From Selaginella moellendorffii (taxonomy: Eukaryota; Plantae; Lycopodiophyta), in contig NW_003314425.1 in assembly GCF_000143415.4 (NCBI RefSeq), forward strand, positions 62,001 through 126,000: a stretch of 64,000 bases of DNA, written 5' to 3'. Of this stretch, positions 45,613 to 55,695 are shown piece after piece (within the stretch, counting starts at the first letter, position 1; the number at the start of each line of letters is the position of its first letter). The notes below the pieces were generated by a model. That model ran no database searches and was not told where the DNA came from. It saw only the letters and a program-made list of their open reading frames with translations. The position numbers and the translations under genes were made by a program.

Positions 45613-46069
45613 AGACGCAGTGGGGGACGAGCAAAGATCCTAATACAGGTTTCTTGCTGGGAAGATATTCTCCCACCACCTTTCCTTTGTCCTGTAGAAA
45701 AAGGAAAAGGGAGAAAGCTCCCTTTTCTACTCTAGTTGTCCTATACCCTGGAAGTTGCAACACGGAGCGCTTCTTTCGTCCGGGAAGAGCGAGGCATCGC
45801 TGGAGCTGTGGCGTGTTCTCTATGTGAAGAGAACATCTCCCGGTCTCCAGATGATTCCGACGCCTCCCAGTGAAATGTCGCCTGGCGGCATTGCTCGAAT
45901 TTTCAGCCCTGTAAAGAGCATGTCAATGTCAGACCCAGGAATTTGGTTGGGTTTCCGATAGTACATGTAGTTTTCGCAGCTCGTCAAAATATCCGACTAG
46001 AAAGATGGGAGGATTGTGAATGTGGAAGTTCCAAACTCAATGTAGCAAGGATATTAGCCTTCAACTCTC

Positions 46070-46460
46070 AGAAACACAAGCTTCCACTCACTCCTCGAAT
46101 CTCTCGCTCGCTTTCAACATAGCATATCAAGAGGAAAGATCGTTTGTACTCTCCGCTGTGATCGCTTTTTGCTTTAACTCTTGTTGCTGAATGGCCAAGT
46201 TGACAGCGGAGTTTGTTTCTGTCGAAGACAAGCTGGCTGATTGATGATGCGAAGCATTGCTCCTCCACGCTTCGAACGATCGGAACTCTAACACTGAGCT
46301 GCTTCGTCTTGCTCTGGAAACGTCGGCCTCTGGAACAACTTGGTAGCTTGAGCTTGGCCGATGACATCGTCGATCTGTGGGAGATGGTCACGAGTTGTGA
46401 TGTAAAACTCGCCAAGTTCTTACCTCCATGGATCGGAGTAGACTTGGTCCCGGCAAAGCT
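46070..46460. pseudogene. Rearranged GOS1 fragments (one direct, one inverted)
   Basis: ~46090-46265 resembles ~38510-38712 in direct orientation; ~46270-46456 is the reverse complement of ~38245-38472, including the GOS1 intron. Confidence 0.75.
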
Positions 46461-46523
46461 GACAAAGATTTTCTATGTTCTACAGGAGAAAGAACCTTCA
46501 AAGCTTTCCGAAATATTCCACGA

Positions 46524-48483
46524 TTATGCTTTGTCCAAGTCCAAAGGATCGCTGGCTAGCTCCTGCGCCAGCCTTCCTGACAATGCCAAAGGGCTGTTCC
46601 TCCTCGAAAGTGACAATGGTGCCGCGGGTGTGGCTTGAGAAGACCACGATATGTGGATTGACGGTCTCCCGGGCAACTTGGTGCTGCTACTGCCGCTGCT
46701 ACTCCTGCTGATTCCGCTGCTGTTGCTCGTCTTGGGATCGAGCAGCGATGCGTGCTGTGGATTCAGCAGCAGCAATTGCTGGGTGTCTTTCGGTAGCATG
46801 TCGAAGACGACTCGCAAATCGGCCCGGAGCTTCTCCGGAAAACTCTGGGTTTGCGACATCTGGAGAAAAGAGAGAACTTTTAGAAATGATGTTCGAGCCT
46901 TCTGGTGTATACCTGGAGGTCGAGCTCGGCGACTAGATGGCGTAGAATAGCGTTGAAAGTCTCGACGAGCTCCAGCTCGGGCATCTTGGACACGATGGTC
47001 CGCACGTCGGCCCGGGCACGCGCTTGCCTCCAGATCCGCCGCTGCTCTCTCTCGGCATTTGCACGTCTGGATCGAAACCACGGCATGAAGTTTGGGCCAC
47101 GGAGGAATCGTCTGGTGGCAAAGTTGGAACAAACCCAAGAGTGAGAAAAACTTCGAAAGATTGCAGAACCAAGTACCTGTACAAGTCGATCCAGTTGGAA
47201 CGAAGCCTCTTGGCCAGAAACTTCCCGGGACCCCTGGTCGCCAGCGCGCTCAGGAACCGTTGCTCGTCGAAAGCTGGCAGAGGTGGCGGATCAACGAAAG
47301 GATTGTTTGATCCAGAAGATGGCACTGCGAAGTATGGCGCGATGGGAGCGAGAAAGTTGGTGGTGAGCTCCTCGAAGTGGCGGCGGAGGATGTCACTGTT
47401 GACGAGAGACATGGATTCGTCCATCCTTGGCGAGGATGGAATCGCGTCGACTAGCCTGTTGAGAACCGAGGTGTCCGGCTTGGTGGCCGGGGCGTGGGTG
47501 CTCCACACAGCCTGGCTATGGCGGCGCTGCGTCCAAGGCAAAGAACTCCACGGCTTCTTGTCGACGAACTTCTTGAGCTGCTGGAACTGGTGGTGGTGGT
47601 GGTGAGGATCGAGGAGGGAGACGACGCTGGGGAGTCTCTTGGAGGACGAGAATGCCGGGAGAAAGAAGAGATTGGTGACGCCGAGAAGGATGGACGACGA
47701 CGCTGCCAAATCCGTGTGGAAGTCGGGGTCGTGGATCGTGAAGTAGGGGCGGAGATCCGAGCTGCATGGAATCGGAGCTAGCAGGCTGGAGATCGCTGCC
47801 ACTGCCTCGCAAGAGACGGATGGAGAGGGAGCCACGACGAGCAGCGGCTCGCCGACGAGCGCGAGCTCCCAGAGCAGCCAAAGCTGCATCAAAACACCCT
47901 TGAGCACCGCGAAGAGATCCACATCGTGGAACACGATACCTTGATCGGGGAGAGGAGCCAGATTCGTGACCCGGATCACCATGTTCACCACCGGGAGCTC
48001 CAATCCGGCCTGGATCTTGGGATTGGGCGGCGGCGGCGGCCAGGTGGAGGAGATTATCGAGGAGATCCTCTCCAGCGCCGCGCTGCCGCTGTCGAAGAAG
48101 AGAGGGCCGGCGATCTGGACGAGCGGCTTGAAGATGGAGCTCCAGTAGGGAAAATAGGAGAGGATTACCACGGATTTCTGGTCGCCGCCCCGGATCAACC
48201 GCTCGTCCTGGCGCTGGCGATTGAAGACGTAGCCGAAGAGATGCTTGTGATTCTTGGCGCCGCTGCTACGCGGGATCCGGAAGAAGAAGACCGAATCGTG
48301 GATTGCCGTGCGCTGCGACGAATGCTGCCGCTGGCGCTGCTGCTGCGAATCCGGGAAGGCGCACAGCGCGATGTGGGATCGCTCGATCTCGGTGAGGCGA
48401 TCGGGAGGGAAGCAGTAATCCATCACCTGCCCTTGCTCCACATCGAAGCGGAGCGCGCAGAGAGCCACGAGCCATGGCACCAT
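46524..48483 (-). CDS. DENN-domain protein DENND6/FAM116-like (Rab GEF)
   Basis: LCALRFDVEQGQ; AFPDS; FGYVFNRQRQDERLIRGGDQKSVV; LWELALVGEPLLVVAPSP; DLRPYFTIHD; LRRHFEELTTNFLAP. Introns 47112-47176 and 46860-46912. Confidence 0.88.
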
Positions 48484-48550
48484 AAAGGGGAGAGGAAGTA
48501 AAAATTAGGGCTCTTGGCCGAAATTTAGGGCTCTTGGAGATAGCTCCTCG

Positions 48551-49875
48551 ATGAAGGTGAAGAAGGAGGCCGGCGCGAAGAAGAGCGATGCCACGGCTGC
48601 GAAGAAGGGATCGGCAGCGACCAAGGCGGCGGTGAAGAAGGAGAAGGAATCCAAGGCGGTGAAGAAGAAGGAGGATTTGGATGAAGAAGCGGCGCCGGCG
48701 GAGCCTGCTGTGGAGGCCGTGGTGGTGTCCAAGACTGTGACAAAGAAGGCTGCTCCAAATGAGAAAGAGGTGAGCGAAATGGTGGGGAGAGTTAGCGCCA
48801 AGCAAGAGCACGAGAATGGAGTGGAAAAGACGCTGGTGGTGCAAGAACAAGTCGAGAACCAGGACAAGGAGGTGGTAGAGGTAAGCTCTGTCATCCATCG
48901 CTTGGCTTTCGCCATCCAGTGAGAATGCTTTCATTGATTTCCACAGCCGGGGACTGGGAAAGTTGTGAAGAAAAGAATCGTGAAGAAGAAAACAGTGGTG
49001 AGGGAGAAAAAGGTTTTCGATCTTCCGGGACAAAAGTATGAGATTCCAGAGGAGGTGAGCGTGGGTTCGTATCGTCTGGCTGATAAGTCACTCGTTGTCC
49101 TTCGCAGAGAGATCCCTTGAGAATTTTTTACGAGAGCACTCGTGAGCAAATTCCTACCAGTGAGATGGCTGAGATCTGGTACGTTTTATTTTCTTTCTCT
49201 TCATTGTGAACTAGAGCTTGATGTTCCAGGTTGATGGAGCACGGGCTACTCCCCGAGGACGAAGCAAAGGCCGCTTTTGACAAGCGAAATCAACAAAAGA
49301 AGTCCAAGCAGCCATCGACTCCTGTGAAAGGTGCCTCGACGTCAACTCCAGTGAAAGGTGCTGCTGCTAAAACGAATGGAAGCTCCTCCAAGAAGCCCGC
49401 GGCTGCTGCGTCGAAATCTAAGCCCAAGGACAAGGAGCCTCCTCCAAAGTCGAAAGCGAAGGCCAAGGCAAAGAAGAGCGAAGAGGAGGAGTCCGAGGAA
49501 GACGATGAAGACAACGCTCCTGTTGCTTCGAGAGGTGCGAAAGCCAAAGCCAAGGCCAAGAAGGAAGAAGAGTCCGACGACGACGATGCTCCTATTGCTT
49601 CGAGAATGTCGAGAACCAAGTCCAAGGCAAAGACGAGCGAAGAAGAATCAGAGGAAGACGATGAAGACAACGCTCCGATTGCCTCGAGAGCTGCGAAAAC
49701 CAAGGCTACGAAGAAGAGCGAAGAGGAAGAAGAGTCGGAAGACGATGATGAAGACAACGCTCCTATTGCTTCAAGAATGGCGAAGACAAAGGCCAAGTCG
49801 AAGCGCGGAGAGGAATCCGAGGACGAAGAAGACAAAGATTTTGTTGCCAAGCCCAAGAAGAGGCTGAGAACTTAG
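48551..49875 (+). CDS. Lys/Glu-rich conserved plant protein (LPGQK..P.ERDPLRIFYES..SEMAE.WLMEHGLL domain) with 4 C-terminal acidic/basic repeats
   Basis: Spliced exons reconstruct REKKVFDLPGQKYEIPEE|RDPLRIFYESTREQIPTSEMAEIW|LMEHGLL; repeats of KAKxKKSEEEESEEDDEDNAPIASR. Confidence 0.72.
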
Positions 49876-49954
49876 AGGGCGAGGAAGGACGAAACTGTGA
49901 GAACTTCTTACATCAATATGAACTTTACTTTGTACATTGGAAGCTTTCTCTCGA

Positions 49955-52522
49955 TCAAGCCTTTCTCGCGTTCACGAGAAACCATGAACAGGCAATGAAA
50001 GCGAGGCTACCAACGAGGAAAAACTTTGGATTTGGGTACAAGCTTAGACCACCTTGCTCGATCGGGAGGAGTTGCCTCTGGCGGATGAAGTTTGTGAGGA
50101 GATCCAGCTGCGTGTTCATGTCATGCTGGCCTCGAGCAAGAGATCTCACCTGGAAGTTTGTGAAACTTTGGGTGAAAATTACTCGCAGAGAACTTTACCT
50201 CGTTGCTCAGCACTTGTTCGTCGTTGGACCCGCTAGAAACTCGTCGAGGAGTGATTATAGGGACTGCTGAAGAAGGCGTGATTAGTTTCTTCTCCAGCTC
50301 TGCGAGCCTTGAGACGAGCTCGTCGAGTTTTTCATTGACATTCGCAAGTTGCTCGACAACACGAGGATACACCTGCGAAGAAAAGAAAAGTTGGATCTTT
50401 GGAAACTTTATCACTCACTTGATCTGTCAACGGAGACTCCGATCCTCGATCGTCTTGAATTCTCTGAAGGTTTTCGATCTTCAGCGGTGGAGGCTTTCTT
50501 TCCGGCTGCTTTCTCAAGCTATCAAACACTTAACTCTGTGAATCGAGTGTTTTGGAGATCGGAAGAAAAACAAAATGACAAACCTCGAGGTATTCCAGCT
50601 CAAGCTGTAGAAAAAAAAGGAAGTTTTTGAGCTTGGAAAAACGAGAATTTCTTCATACCTTCTGCTATAAGTTTTGGATGAAACTGGACTTCCCGGAACA
50701 GTGGTAGTTTGCAAGCTTAATTTGTTCTTGAGGTCCTCCGGCAATGCCTGTTTGGACGATCGAGATGAGAAGAACACGTCGATTCTTTTCCATACCACTA
50801 CTTCGGCAGTGAGTTTCTCCAGTTGTATTTGTTCTATATAAGATCGTGGAATGTACGAGCCTTCGAGCCCCAGCTTCTTCCCGATATCCGCGACGAGCGA
50901 TCTATCTTTGCCTTGTATCTGTCAAAACTTGGTGAGATACAAAAACCTCAAGAACAAAAAAGCTAAGAAAGGATCTACCTGGACATACTTTCGCTGGACT
51001 TGCTCGAGCTTGTCAATCTTGACGACGATCTTCTCAGTCTCGTCACAAAACACCCGGCTCGACCGCTTCATAATGGTGGCCATCTCGTATCCAAGAGCCA
51101 TGAGGCCTCCCAAGAGCCTCACGCTCACGTCAAAAGTGATCCTTGGCGAGATGATAAAATCCTCATCGGTCACAAGTTCCTAGAGAAAAATGAGAAACAT
51201 GGTCATGGTAAGTGACAAAGATAGATCTTGGATGGAGCATTTTTTCTAAAAGACCTCGAAGATCAAACTGTATCTTCCATCGCGATTTCTCATGCGAAGA
51301 TAAGACTGGCAAGTTTCCGGGTCTTCGCCTGGAGGCAAGAGATAGATATCGTAAGTATCTTCTGTTGCTTCAGTGAACTTGGAGCCAATGACAGCTTTGA
51401 TCTCTTCTTCCGTGACATGACGAGAAGACTGGAGCATCGAAAACTTTGAATCAGAAAAAGAAAAGAAAGAACGAAGGAAATCTCCAAAACCTTTAGGATG
51501 TAAGTTGGACTCTGAAATCCCGAGAAAGGATTAAACTTGTTGACTACTTTGATGTGTGCTGTTGCTAGATCCGGCTCTATGAACACCTTGTACATGGGAT
51601 AAACCTGGCAACGACACAAAGTTAAGTGCGAAAAACAACAAAGAGATGAAAAAGAGAGAATTATGAAACTACTGCTGTTCACAAGAACATACAAAATCAC
51701 CGTTTCTGAAATCTGGTGGATGATGTCTTCCGGAGCTTGGCCGGAGCGATTGATGTCACGGAGAACCCGCTTGACGAGATCAAAATGGACTCCTCCGGTT
51801 ATAGAGACTCGCAGATCCAGGAATGGACGTAGCTTCTCACACAAAGCATATATCCCTTCCACGATCACAATTCTCGTCGATGGATGCTCCAGACGCCTGG
51901 AAACAACGCAAGAACATACTTGGTCCTTGATCCCAATGCGAGCAAAAAGGAAGGAAAGACAACTCACCTATAGCCAACTCGACGACTGAGCTTGAAGTCA
52001 TATATCGGAATGTCGGCAGAGGTCCCAGCTCTCAAGCTCTTGATGTTGTCTAGAAGAATTTCGTAGTCCACGATCCTGGGATCTATCAGCACGAAACCAA
52101 AACAACCAAAACTATCGAATAGAAACGAAAGAACAAAGAACAACACACACCTTGTTTGGATTCTTACCATCGTAATTCCCGTCGATGACAAGGCTGGAAT
52201 CGTTGTAGTTGTCCATGCAAATGATCGCAATCCCGGGCAAGAAGCTCGCGACCTTGTCCGTGAAGACGGTCTTACCAGCGCCCGAGGGGCCGGCAACTCC
52301 CACCACAATTGTCACTCCTTCCATCGTGCGCGTGAGGAGCTGACACGCCCGGATGAAGAGAAAGAAGCCCTTGTCGAACGAGAGGGGGTCGGAGATTGGC
52401 GCAATCTCGTAGCGATCCTCGCGGCCGCCATCGCCCTTCCTCGGCACCAGTTGGAGTTGATCCTTGAGAAGCCCAGTCCGGCGATGCGGGCTTGGCAGGA
52501 GCTTTCTCATCGACGATTCCAT
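49955..52522 (-). CDS. Triphosphate tunnel metalloenzyme TTM1/2-like (uridine-kinase-like + CYTH + C-terminal TM)
   Basis: LSFDKGFF; VGVAGPSGAGKTVF; DLRVSITGGVHFDLVKRVLRDI; ETCQSYLRMRNRDGRYSLIFE; ISPRITFDVSVRLLGGLMALGY; C-terminal hydrophobic anchor. Confidence 0.9.
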
Positions 52523-52565
52523 CCTGAAACTACTTCGAGCCCTAGTGAAGAACTGGAAGAATCTC

Positions 52566-52620
52566 AGTCAAACATTAGTCAAAGCTTTAGTCAAAGTTCT
52601 AGTCAAAGAAGCAATGTCAA
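52566..52620 (-). promoter_or_regulatory. W-box array (TTTGACT x4 plus TTGAC) between divergent TTM and kinase-ankyrin ATGs
   Basis: AGTCAA at 52566, 52577, 52589 and 52601 (11-12 bp period), TGTCAA at 52615; identical in copy 2 at 58556-58610. Confidence 0.55.
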
Positions 52621-52681
52621 AGTTAGAATTCTTCCTCCTAGATCTCATCGGCGAGTAGGAACCCTACTTCATTCCTAGAGG

Positions 52682-55648
52682 ATGAGCACTGGATACGAGC
52701 AAGCCCAGGTAGTCTGGAACAAAGACAACGCTATAGCTGGTAATCTATATACTAGTTCCCAAACTTATCGACTGGAAACGCTCGAGTTTAGCAAGCTCAC
52801 AGAGATTGGCGCTGGCGGCTGTGGCAGCATCTTCAAAGGTACCATCACTCGCAGCTATGGCGTCCAGCACAAGCTCTACAGAGGCGTGTGGGACTTCGAA
52901 GGCGACCCTTTCGACTCGTATAACTACTACAACTCCTCCAGCAGCGGATCAAATCCCAGCGAGGGAGACAACGAAACAGTGAGCGTGGCTGTCAAGACGA
53001 TTCACAGCAGCGATGATGACGTGATAGATCTCACCAGGGAAGCGAGCAGCCTGCGGATCCTGCAAGGAACCAGGAACGTTGCAAGCGTTTATGGTGTGAC
53101 ACGCAACCGGGAAATGCAAAGCGTTTGCATTGTCATGGAGCTCGTCCAAGGTCCCGACTTGAATTCTTTCCTGAGATCCGGGAAGCCATCGTCGTGTTCT
53201 TGGTCTTGGTGGAAGACAAAGCTGGAGATCTTCATGGAGCTCGTGATTGGGCTCTCGGTTTGTCACCAGCGGGGTATTTATCACGGGGATTTGAAAGGCA
53301 AGAACGTGCTGGTCGACGAGTTCATGGTTCCCAAGCTGATAGATTTTGGGTTTAGTTTCCGGAAGAAAGATGTCGACTACTTGAGGTCACTAGGAGGATC
53401 ACCGTTTTGGATCTCCCCAGAGCTGGACGAGGCGGTAGACGAGATCCCTCCGGAAGTTCTTGCGAATCCATTCCCTTCGGATGTCTACTCGCTGGGGATG
53501 GTTCTGGTGGAAATGATTATAGATGGTGAGATACCCGAGTACATTGACTCGGTCTTGGTGATGAACAAGTATATGGGAGGGTCTCCTATAGAGCTCCAAG
53601 TTCCAGAAGGCATGGAGGATCTAAAAGAGAGCGTTTTCGATGAGATCTTTGCCGTGGTCGATGGATGCTGCTCTGCGGAGCGTGACGACAGGATTTCTCT
53701 AAAGGAATGCCTAGTACACATCCGAGCAGCTTATAGCAACCTTTGCAGCAGTTGCAAAGTCAGTTCTTCCAGCTGGGATGAGGAATTTACGAGTTCCAAG
53801 GATTATACAGACATGCTAGCTGTTCTTCAAGCGCGGTTTCCCGAAGTTCCAGACGCCATAGCTCGGCAACCAGCCAAGAACATGATGGTGGACATTCAGG
53901 GAACTTTGCTGGTGGATCTCTTCTGCCAGCTGGATTTCAAGCTGGGTGTAGAGTTCGTCATTGACAAGGCAGCCTGGGACTTTGATCCGAAGAAGGCAGT
54001 GCCTCGACTATGCCACATCTGCGTCAAAGCAGGGAGCCATGGAGTGCTGAAATTTCTGGGCGAAAGGTGGCGAGCTATAGTTGCGCAGGAAGAATGGCTG
54101 ATGCACGACGCATGCGAGGGTGATAGCTTGGAAGTCTTGCAAGTTCTTCTCGAGGATATTAACATGGAGTTCGATACCTGGCCGAGGAGCGGACAGCTTA
54201 AGCCGTTTCACAAGTTGGCATTCCACGGAAAGATGGAGATGATGAAGCTTTTGCTAGACAAGGCAAGCACGATCGGTGACTACGTGAATGCTACAGTAAA
54301 CAGGAAATCATCTGTAGCAGCGAGACCCCTCAACTATGCCATCCAAGGAGATAAAGTCGAAGCGGTGTTCTTCCTCATCGAGCATGGGGGTGTTGTGACG
54401 ACGCCACGCGATTATCTCGACACCACAGATTATCTCGAGCAGCTTTTCTACTGTGCTGTGCATGATGGGAGCTTGAGCGTTGCAACGAGCCTTCTCGAGA
54501 TAAGCTACTTCCTCAAGACAGGCAATGGCGGAAGTATGAAACAGATCTCTTCCAAAGTCTTGGAACGATTTGAGAATCACGAATTTGGCTGCCTTGATTA
54601 CTTCGGGCACGAGTTCCGGGACCATGAATACGTGCTGGCACTTTTGAGAGGTCACTTGGTGGAGTCTGGGCTTCGTGGAATGGAGCCTCTGAGGTTTGCT
54701 TGCTCTAAGGAAGGGAATGCACACAGCCAGGAGGTATTTCAAATGATGGTTTCGTTTTGCAACGACGATAGTAGTGTTTTAGAGGACAAATTGTGGAAGC
54801 TCTTAGGGGGTCATGGGAGTAAGGAAATGGCTGCGTATGCAATGGAGAAGATTAGCCGAAGCGGCCATGAGCAGATTTTAGAGGCTGCTATAGACCAAGG
54901 AAATTTGGAGGTCGTGGACTTTCTCAAAGCAGCAGAAAAGTCAAGAGATGGCGAGGAAAGTGACCAAGTAAAAGACGAAGGTGATGGGAAAGAAGATGAA
55001 GAATTGGATGATTCAGAACTGTCATCAAGCTCGGAAGAGCCAAAGATCAATGAGGAGCTTCCTGATCTCGATGACGATTCAGATGGTGAAGTCATACCTA
55101 AGAAAGACCGACAAGCTTATCTTCTCTACGACGTTTGCGAGGCTGTAGTACAGGCTGATATTGGTTTACTCAAGAGAAAGCTCCCAAAGCTTTGCTTAGA
55201 TGGTAGGAGTTTTGTGGAAGAATCATGGGAACCAGGCATAGGGATGATCCAAAAGGTTGAAGATATCACCAAGAAAGCAGGGATCTGGAAAACTTTGGCA
55301 CCAGAGCTTTTGAAAAGATTTGCTTATGCTGGGAGCTCGGAAATGGTATTACATTTGCTGGAGAAAGGTGTTCCGGTAGATGGCCCGGACTACACACAAG
55401 GATGGATCACACAAACACCGCTAATGATAGCTCTTTCCGGGAGCCACTTTGAGACTGCTGAGATCATTTTGTTGGCCGGTGCTAATCCAAACACAAGAAG
55501 GAAAGCAGGATACTCAAGCATGGATATTGCCTTGGGCATGAACAACAGAAAGATGGTGAGGTTGCTTATCAGGTTTGGGTTTGACACGGGGTCCAAGAAC
55601 AGGGACAATGAAACTTACATGGACTTGATAGCTCATCTTGAAGACTAG
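52682..55648 (+). CDS. Intronless protein kinase (TKL-like) fused to C-terminal ankyrin repeats
   Basis: IGAGGCGSIF, VAVK, HGDLKGKNVL, LIDFG, GGSPFWISPE, SDVYSLG; ANK motifs PLNYAIQGDKVEAVFFLIEHG and TPLMIALSGSHFETAEIILLAGANPN. Confidence 0.87.
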   Translation: MSTGYEQAQVVWNKDNAIAGNLYTSSQTYRLETLEFSKLTEIGAGGCGSIFKGTITRSYGVQHKLYRGVWDFEGDPFDSYNYYNSSSSGSNPSEGDNETVSVAVKTIHSSDDDVIDLTREASSLRILQGTRNVASVYGVTRNREMQSVCIVMELVQGPDLNSFLRSGKPSSCSWSWWKTKLEIFMELVIGLSVCHQRGIYHGDLKGKNVLVDEFMVPKLIDFGFSFRKKDVDYLRSLGGSPFWISPELDEAVDEIPPEVLANPFPSDVYSLGMVLVEMIIDGEIPEYIDSVLVMNKYMGGSPIELQVPEGMEDLKESVFDEIFAVVDGCCSAERDDRISLKECLVHIRAAYSNLCSSCKVSSSSWDEEFTSSKDYTDMLAVLQARFPEVPDAIARQPAKNMMVDIQGTLLVDLFCQLDFKLGVEFVIDKAAWDFDPKKAVPRLCHICVKAGSHGVLKFLGERWRAIVAQEEWLMHDACEGDSLEVLQVLLEDINMEFDTWPRSGQLKPFHKLAFHGKMEMMKLLLDKASTIGDYVNATVNRKSSVAARPLNYAIQGDKVEAVFFLIEHGGVVTTPRDYLDTTDYLEQLFYCAVHDGSLSVATSLLEISYFLKTGNGGSMKQISSKVLERFENHEFGCLDYFGHEFRDHEYVLALLRGHLVESGLRGMEPLRFACSKEGNAHSQEVFQMMVSFCNDDSSVLEDKLWKLLGGHGSKEMAAYAMEKISRSGHEQILEAAIDQGNLEVVDFLKAAEKSRDGEESDQVKDEGDGKEDEELDDSELSSSSEEPKINEELPDLDDDSDGEVIPKKDRQAYLLYDVCEAVVQADIGLLKRKLPKLCLDGRSFVEESWEPGIGMIQKVEDITKKAGIWKTLAPELLKRFAYAGSSEMVLHLLEKGVPVDGPDYTQGWITQTPLMIALSGSHFETAEIILLAGANPNTRRKAGYSSMDIALGMNNRKMVRLLIRFGFDTGSKNRDNETYMDLIAHLED

Positions 55649-55695
55649 CCGTGGAAGAACCTCTGAAACCAGTCAAAACAAGTCAAAGAGGTCAA

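Noticed and set aside
45740-46010. Short minus-strand coding-like stretch upstream of the ATPase (SDILTSCENYMYYRKPNQIPG...)
   Set aside because: Short, stop-bounded and unrecognisable; I cannot support a gene call.
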